A DNA stretch of 41,050 bases from Nitrososphaeria archaeon (lineage in GTDB: Archaea; Thermoproteota; Nitrososphaeria; Conexivisphaerales; UBA164): NCBI GenBank assembly GCA_049965895.1, contig JBMFVR010000001.1, positions 1 through 41,050 of the forward strand, given 5' to 3'. The notes under the pieces were generated by a model. That model saw nothing but the letters and a program-made list of their open reading frames with translations, was not told where the DNA came from and did no database searches. The position numbers were made by a program, and so were the translations under genes. Below, in pieces: positions 35,641 through 41,050 of this stretch. The first letter of the stretch is position 1. Every line of letters begins with the position of its first letter.

Positions 35641-37263
35641 TCATAGCCCTTCTAGTTTGATTTTTGAAAACAATGGTGTTATGTTATTCTTGTTTAGGCT
35701 ATGCCCGGGTTCAATAATTTCCCAGTCCAGATCAGCAGAAAAACGCTTAAGATTGAACTGGTTCAATAACTCAGATGATTTTCTTGGCATTATGGGGAAC
35801 ATCATAAAACCAAGGTGACCAACAGTCTGAACTGAATTGTAAATCACTGTGTTGGCACGATCGCGGTCATTTTTTATCAAATCCCACGGCTTTTGTTTGC
35901 TCAAATATTCATTTCCAATGTAGCCCGATTCTATAAATGACCTTACCGCGTCCTTTATCCTTAAATTATAATTAAGATCGATAAACTCTTTTTTCTTTGA
36001 AATTATTTTTGACACGAACTCCTTATCATCAGAATTTAAGCCATTGGGCCTTGGAACTAAACCATCAAATTTTTCTCCGACAAATTTTGCCACCCTGTTG
36101 ATAAAATTTCCGATGGTATCATTCAGATCATTGTTTACCATTTTCTGGAAATCTAACCAACTGAAACTTGAATCACCCCTTTCAGGCCTGATGCTTAACA
36201 GCACATATCTCCAGTACTCACCATCAGCAATTTTCAGGGCATCACTTGCCCATACGCCAACGTGCTGGCTTTTACTGAATTTCAGCTGCCCAAACAGTAT
36301 AAATTCAGTTGATGAAATATACGTTGGTAAATTATATCCCTCGTTAGAAGCAATAAGAAGTGCGGGCAGTATTATCGAGTGAAACGGTATGTTATCCTTT
36401 CCTATAAAATAAACACTTTTTGTATCAGCCATCTTCCAGTATTTTTTAAACATCCCCGGATTGCCTTTAAGTTCCAGCTCCTTAACGCCAGAAATATAAC
36501 CTAAAATAGCTTCCATCCACACGTAAATTGTTTTATCTTCACTCCCCAGAAATGGAGACCTTATACCCCATTTGTTATCACGTGTTATTGATCTAGGTTT
36601 GAGTCCCTCATTTATCATATTTAGACTAAAATATCTTACATTGTCTGGTAGAATGGTTACAAATTTTCTGAGTTGATCGGACAATCTTGGCAGATCAAAA
36701 AACCAATGGTATGTTTGTTTTTTTACTGGCGTATTGCCGCACAACGTACATTTAGGGTCGAGCAGCATTGTCGGTTCCAGCAACCTGCCGCAGTTTTCGC
36801 ATTGATCGCCCCTTGCCTTCTCATACCCGCAGAATGGACACTTTCCAATAACGAACCTATCTGGCAGAAATATTTTATCATGTTCGCAGTAGAGCTGGGT
36901 AGTCTGCTGTTTGAATATATAACCGTTTTTTTCAAGATTAATATAAAACTCTCTGACAAATTCTTTATGCACATCATTTTCCGTTCTAGTATAATTATCC
37001 AGTTCTACAGAAAATTGCTTTAACAATTCAAGAACTTTTAGGTGCATTTCATTGGTCAATTCAACAGGTTCTTTCCCTCTCTTTAACGCCTCGACTTCAA
37101 TAGGGGTGCCATGCTCATCAGATCCTGATACAGAAATAGCTTCCTCACCCATATTTTTTAAGAACCGGGTATAATAGTCAGCGGATATTAAATGAAGAAT
37201 GGTTCCTAAATGAGGTTCGCTGTTAATATATGGCCACGCTGAAAATACCATCCACTTTCCCAT
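35641..37263 (-). CDS. metG: Methionyl-tRNA synthetase (short form without C-terminal tRNA-binding domain)
   Basis: It has a HIGH-type motif (PHLGTILH), KMSKS (KFSKSQ) and zinc knuckles (CPFCG...CENCG, CTLCG). Confidence 0.9.
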   Translation of the reverse strand: MGKWMVFSAWPYINSEPHLGTILHLISADYYTRFLKNMGEEAISVSGSDEHGTPIEVEALKRGKEPVELTNEMHLKVLELLKQFSVELDNYTRTENDVHKEFVREFYINLEKNGYIFKQQTTQLYCEHDKIFLPDRFVIGKCPFCGYEKARGDQCENCGRLLEPTMLLDPKCTLCGNTPVKKQTYHWFFDLPRLSDQLRKFVTILPDNVRYFSLNMINEGLKPRSITRDNKWGIRSPFLGSEDKTIYVWMEAILGYISGVKELELKGNPGMFKKYWKMADTKSVYFIGKDNIPFHSIILPALLIASNEGYNLPTYISSTEFILFGQLKFSKSQHVGVWASDALKIADGEYWRYVLLSIRPERGDSSFSWLDFQKMVNNDLNDTIGNFINRVAKFVGEKFDGLVPRPNGLNSDDKEFVSKIISKKKEFIDLNYNLRIKDAVRSFIESGYIGNEYLSKQKPWDLIKNDRDRANTVIYNSVQTVGHLGFMMFPIMPRKSSELLNQFNLKRFSADLDWEIIEPGHSLNKNNITPLFSKIKLEGL

Positions 37264-37453
37264 AATAGGAGCGTTGGGCGCTGTGTATTTATATCTTTTA
37301 AAAATAGGGATTAAGTATTATTAAAGCACACTTATGCGCATGGCCAAATGGAATGTTTATGAATACTTGACCTTAATGTTGAACGCTATATTGGTCATTT
37401 AAAAATTGATATCAATTAAAACGTTATAAGATTGTCTTATGTCAAATATATAA

Positions 37454-37765
37454 GGTGGGGCAAGCGGCCGGGCAGGTTACGGGGGTAACCCTGAGGAAGC
37501 TCCTCCCTTTGACTGGGGGGTCTGGTGCGGCGACGCATGGCAGGAGACTGCTGGCTCTGGAACAGAAACGAGACCCGCCGGTAAAATGACGGTGAAAGGC
37601 TCCACTGTGGAGCTTGGAGGATTACTGGGAAAGGGATGAAACGGCCAACCCAGACAGAGCAAGGCCAAATCGGACCAATAAAGCACCCTCAGGCGAGGTC
37701 CGGGTAGGCCACATAGTCAAATCCTGCCTAAACAGAAGGAGGGCTATGAGCCGCATGCTCCACCA
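37454..37765 (+). ncRNA. rnpB: RNase P RNA (archaeal type A)
   Basis: Conserved regions were read directly: GAGGAAGCUCC (CR-I/P4 5'), GGAACAGAAACGAGACCCGCC, ACGGUGAAAGGC (J11/12), GAGCAAGGCCAAAUCGG, and ACAGAAGGAGGGCUAU (P4 3'). P1 pairs GGUGGGGCAAGCGGC with GCCGCAUGCUCCACC. P2 pairs GGCAGG with CCUGCC. P3 is the hairpin GGUUAC-GGGG-GUAACC. The ends are accurate to about 10 nt. Confidence 0.9.
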
Positions 37766-38156
37766 TTATAAATAATTATAGGCGAAGAGTAAAACGCTTA
37801 AGCCAATTTTAGGAATCGGCCGAGAGTAAACAGTCCCAGCTTCGAGCCTGTGAAAATGAATTTTGTCATTATGAAATACTTGAATATTGCTTATATCTCA
37901 TTAAAAGTGAGACAGGAGTTTAAGGGAAGCAATCAGTAAATCTCGGCTAGAGATACTGACTTTTCTCTACACTTTACATCAATAACTTTGAGTATTCAGA
38001 CTCTACCCAGAGCAGGAGAAAACCCTCAAAAACCTATTGCAGGGGCCCTATAACAGAGGCCTGAGCACTATGGCTCGCGCTGAACAGCAGAACGCACTGG
38101 CAGCATTACCCGAATTTAAGCCTGCAGATATACCTAAAGTGGTACAATGCTAGCTG

Positions 38157-39170
38157 TTGGGTCAATTTGGTATAAGGTCAGCAATGGATCATTATGAGCA
38201 TAAAACTTATAGCAGATTAAATTTATTGGCAAGCATCATGAAGTTAGGAGGCTATGTATTTGGTATATTCCCCAGATCTGAACGCCTCATTGATATATCA
38301 CGTTTAGGCAACGGATTTATGGAAGCTGCACGGGACGAATCGAAGTCATTAATGGAAATACAAGCAAAATATGGTCTAAGCTATATCGACGATCCACAGC
38401 TGACATGGGATGACATGTTCAGGCCAATAATTTTAAGTCAAAAAGGATTTAGTATCAATGGATTAACCAGATACTTTGAAACTAACACGTTTTATAAATT
38501 GCCAGTTATTGAAGGCAAGATTGAATATAAAGATTACCTTGGATCTTATTTATCTTTGAGCGGTAATTTATCAGTTCCGTACCTGATCTCGTTGCCAGAT
38601 CCGTTCACTTTCTTTTGTATGTCTAAAAATAACTGGTATTCGGATGAATCTAGCTTAATTAGGGATATAGGAAAGCTACTGGCAAATATTTCACATGACC
38701 TAAAAAGCCAAGGATATAACATTCTGGTGTTAAAGGGGCCCATGTATACAAAATGTGACGCTACAAGACTTGAAGAAAGCATAAAAGATTCGCTTCACGA
38801 AATTAAAGAGTCGTTTAATGGAAAAGTAATTTTGCATACTTATTTTGGTGACCCAGCAAAAAATGCGCGCGTCATCAAAGATTCAAGTGTGGACGGGGTA
38901 GGTTTTGATCTCAAATCAATAAAATACGAAAGCATACAATCCTTTTGTTTAAAGGACATTTCGGTTGGGGCAATAGACGGGCTCAATACAAAACAAGAAA
39001 CTATAGACGAACTCAAAACCATTATAAAAAATTTAAAAGGCATAATTTCCTCAGAAAACATATATATAACAAATAACGTTGATCTTGAATTTTTGCCACA
39101 GAGCTTTTCAATAAATAAAGTAAAATTAATTGGAAGTGTTATGAAGGTGTTAAATGATGGTAGCATTTAA
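38157..39170 (+). CDS. MetE N-terminal-domain-like protein (cobalamin-independent methionine synthase family, non-catalytic paralogue)
   Basis: It has the UROD/MetE-like fold signature (GIFPRSERL, YFETNTFY). It lacks the Zn ligands: HTYFGD replaces HxCY and NNVDLE replaces NPDCGL. The start is uncertain. The listed start is a TTG, and the ATGs at 38184 or 38238 (MKLGGYVFG...) are more plausible. Confidence 0.7.
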   Translation: MGQFGIRSAMDHYEHKTYSRLNLLASIMKLGGYVFGIFPRSERLIDISRLGNGFMEAARDESKSLMEIQAKYGLSYIDDPQLTWDDMFRPIILSQKGFSINGLTRYFETNTFYKLPVIEGKIEYKDYLGSYLSLSGNLSVPYLISLPDPFTFFCMSKNNWYSDESSLIRDIGKLLANISHDLKSQGYNILVLKGPMYTKCDATRLEESIKDSLHEIKESFNGKVILHTYFGDPAKNARVIKDSSVDGVGFDLKSIKYESIQSFCLKDISVGAIDGLNTKQETIDELKTIIKNLKGIISSENIYITNNVDLEFLPQSFSINKVKLIGSVMKVLNDGSI

Positions 39171-40158
39171 AACTCAGGAAATAGGCAGTTTGAAAAAGCC
39201 AATTTGGCTTTTGGATTATTTAAAGAGCAAGGCATCTGATGATGAAAAGAAAGAAGCATTAAACGAGGCCGCATTTCTTAACGTAAAGATGCTTGAAAAT
39301 ATAGGATTGGACTTTGTTTATGATGGAGAGGTCAGAAGAATTGAAATGTATGAACTACCAGTCAAGAATATAGAGGGTTTTGAGTTTGCAGGAAGAGTAA
39401 GATCATGGGATAACAGATACTATAAAAAGGCACGCGTTACAGGAGAGGTTAAATACAGATTTAACTACCATTTGGAAGAATTTCTCTATGTCAAGTCTAT
39501 AGCATCAAAGATTCCAAAGGTGCCAGTAACTGGCGCCTACACAATAATGGACTGGTCCTATAATGAATATTATAAGGACAGGTCAGAGCTAGCATTTGAG
39601 CTTTCAAAGGTAGTTAGGAGAGTAATGTCCGATCTGTCAGATTACGGTGCATCAGTACTACAGATAGACGAGCCCGCCGCAACAACTCATCCAGATGAGA
39701 TGGACATGTTTGTAGATGTGTTCAATGAGCAGGCCAAGGGGATCAATGCAAAAATCAGTACTCACATATGCTATAGTGGAGATGAATATTCTAGTTTAAT
39801 GCCACGAATAGCGGAGCTTAAAGCGAGCCATTTTGCGCTTGAGTTTGCCAATAGGGATAAAAACGAGCTTGGGGTTGATGATGAATCTAGGCCAGGTTAC
39901 CGCGCTCTCAAGGCATTTCGTGAGTATGGAAACGGTAAAGAAATTGGTCTTGGAGTGCTGGATGTTCATACAGATTTTATAGAGCCGCCAGAGCTTATAA
40001 GGGACCGAATACTTTATGCAGTTAAGATACTTGGTGATTATTCAAAAATTTACATAAACCCAGACTGTGGGTTAAGGACAAGACAACGTAAGATAGCGTT
40101 TGAAAAATTAAAGAGCATGATCAAGGGAGTAAAAATGGCAGAAAGCGCAATTTATTAG
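39154..40158 (+). CDS. metE: Cobalamin-independent methionine synthase, catalytic (MetE C-terminal domain type)
   Basis: It has the Zn-binding motifs HICYSG and NPDCGLRTR, plus IGSLKKP and the DGE/QIDEPA blocks. Confidence 0.85.
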   Translation: MMVAFKTQEIGSLKKPIWLLDYLKSKASDDEKKEALNEAAFLNVKMLENIGLDFVYDGEVRRIEMYELPVKNIEGFEFAGRVRSWDNRYYKKARVTGEVKYRFNYHLEEFLYVKSIASKIPKVPVTGAYTIMDWSYNEYYKDRSELAFELSKVVRRVMSDLSDYGASVLQIDEPAATTHPDEMDMFVDVFNEQAKGINAKISTHICYSGDEYSSLMPRIAELKASHFALEFANRDKNELGVDDESRPGYRALKAFREYGNGKEIGLGVLDVHTDFIEPPELIRDRILYAVKILGDYSKIYINPDCGLRTRQRKIAFEKLKSMIKGVKMAESAIY

Positions 40159-40173
40159 AAATTGAATGTAAAT

Positions 40174-40839
40174 ATGGTTTTGGCCGAAACAGGGCTTGAA
40201 AAAATTCCTGATAAATTTTTAAATGATAAAAGAACAATATCATCTTGTGCAACAATTGGGCGTGACCCGAGAGAATGTCTTCTTGACAGGTCATTGCATC
40301 ACTGGATGCTAAGGGGGATGATGGATGGTGAAAAGAGGGGCAGACCAGATATTGCATATCATATACTGTTGGATTTAACTGATTCGTTGCTATATAAAAA
40401 AGGGCTCATAAACTTGTTCATTCATACATACGATAATAGGGTTATCAAGATAGGAAAGGGCGTCAGACCGCCACGGTCATATTTTAGGTTCGAAGGCCTT
40501 ATGATAGATCTGTTTCAAAAGCAAAAGATTAAAGTTAACGGCATAACACTTATGGAAATCTATAAAATTGGTTTGGACGAACTTCTTAAACAGATAGGTA
40601 AGTATGTGGTAGGGCTGAGTTCTTCAGCAAAACTGGTTAAAATGGAATCACTTGCGAATGAGTTATTTTCAACTGGTGGCACTTTTGTGGTTGGAGGTTT
40701 TCCCAAGGGTGAATTTTCTAATAAAACTTTAAAGCTCTTCAATGAAACTGTTTCTGTATATCCCAGAAGTTTGGAAGCAACCAATGTGGCTGCAAGGATA
40801 GTATACGAGCTTGAAAAGATTAACAGCATATGGCCTTGA
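40174..40839 (+). CDS. nep1: Ribosomal RNA small subunit methyltransferase Nep1 (EMG1, SPOUT fold)
   Basis: It reads MVLAETGLEKIP...LDRSLHH...GRPDIAYHILLDLTDS...LFIHTYDN. The ATG at 40174 is preferred over the listed TTG at 40162. Confidence 0.85.
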   Translation: MVLAETGLEKIPDKFLNDKRTISSCATIGRDPRECLLDRSLHHWMLRGMMDGEKRGRPDIAYHILLDLTDSLLYKKGLINLFIHTYDNRVIKIGKGVRPPRSYFRFEGLMIDLFQKQKIKVNGITLMEIYKIGLDELLKQIGKYVVGLSSSAKLVKMESLANELFSTGGTFVVGGFPKGEFSNKTLKLFNETVSVYPRSLEATNVAARIVYELEKINSIWP

Positions 40840-40947
40840 ATTACCATTATATGCGACAAAAATCTGTATAAACTGAATGAAAATTAAGATGACTCTAAAC
40901 ATGAGTATTTAATTTATTTTTAACATCGGTGTTTTTTCCTGAAATTA

Positions 40948-41050
40948 TTAACACCTTGTTTCATGTTTATATCTACCATCAACTATCACCAAGATATGAT
41001 GCTGTTGATATAAGCCTTCTCCTCTTGTCCCACTTCCGGTAAAATGCGTG
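40948..41050 (-). CDS. Possible 3' end of an unidentified protein gene entering from the right edge
   Basis: This reverse frame is open for 33 codons (..THFTGSGTRGEGLYQQHHILVIVDGRYKHETRC*). About 73% of its codons end in A/T, like the other genes here, and the other two frames are shorter with a weaker bias. There is no homology call. Confidence 0.25.
   Translation of the reverse strand, partial: THFTGSGTRGEGLYQQHHILVIVDGRYKHETRC

Noticed and set aside
37477-37686. Listed 69-aa minus-strand ORF
   Set aside because: It lies entirely antisense within the RNase P RNA gene. The GC-rich structured RNA explains the open frame.
37906-37960. Possible C/D-box sRNA (GUGAGA ... CUGA about 50 nt apart)
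   Set aside because: The C box deviates from RUGAUGA at key positions. There are no C'/D' boxes and no terminal pairing.
308-40859. The many 60-130 aa ORFs in the track that lie antisense or out of frame inside long genes (for example 447..665, 951..1271, 8526..8738, 13822..14070, 20769..21167, 24087..24449, 27021..27416, 36673..37023, 40560..40859)
   Set aside because: Each is fully embedded in a longer ORF with strong family motifs. Their products are low-complexity and no independent signal supports them.
1-41050. CRISPR arrays, cas genes, restriction-modification or toxin-antitoxin modules, IS transposases, integrases
   Set aside because: No spaced identical repeats were seen. None of the translated ORFs shows nuclease, transposase or integrase motifs, and every long ORF is accounted for by a housekeeping family.

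Overview
This window looks like ordinary, densely packed core chromosome from a low-GC archaeon. Hand-counted 60-nt lines run in the mid-30s % GC. The gene content resembles Thermoplasmata (Ferroplasma/Picrophilus-like), but that taxon call is inference only.

I support about 40 protein genes.
- Information processing: TFS, RpoL, PheRS-beta, ThrRS, MetRS, PriS, FEN-1, Kae1, Bud32, S3Ae, Nep1.
- Central metabolism: GTP-PEPCK, SucCD, PrpD/PrpB, a split MetE pair, MtnA, a nucleoside phosphorylase.
- Redox: thioredoxin, PDO, Bcp.
- Cofactors: CofE, MobA, MoaE.
- Also AglB, an ABC-2 exporter and two HAD phosphatases.

RNA genes are tRNA-Pro(GGG), tRNA-Arg(UCG), tRNA-Gln(UUG) and a clear type-A RNase P RNA.

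I saw no CRISPR array, transposase, integrase or recognisable defence system.

Observations worth a second look:
1. A GC-rich radical SAM/SPASM gene with a long N-terminal extension sits at the left edge. A NifX-like gene follows it and a 29-codon CxxxC ORF precedes it.
2. A 55-nt element, 52/55 identical, occurs in two convergent-gene spacers 32.5 kb apart. Each copy carries a 12-codon ORF, MK(K/M)VEDCAYAC(T/A).
3. A GC-rich, heavily self-complementary non-coding island of about 340 nt lies between tRNA-Gln and prpD. I could not assign it to any known RNA family.
4. The mtnA stop codon lies inside tRNA-Arg.
5. A stretch of about 400-470 nt without ORFs separates rnpB from the methionine synthase genes.

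All identifications rest on reading motifs in the supplied translations and on manual folding. No database search was run.
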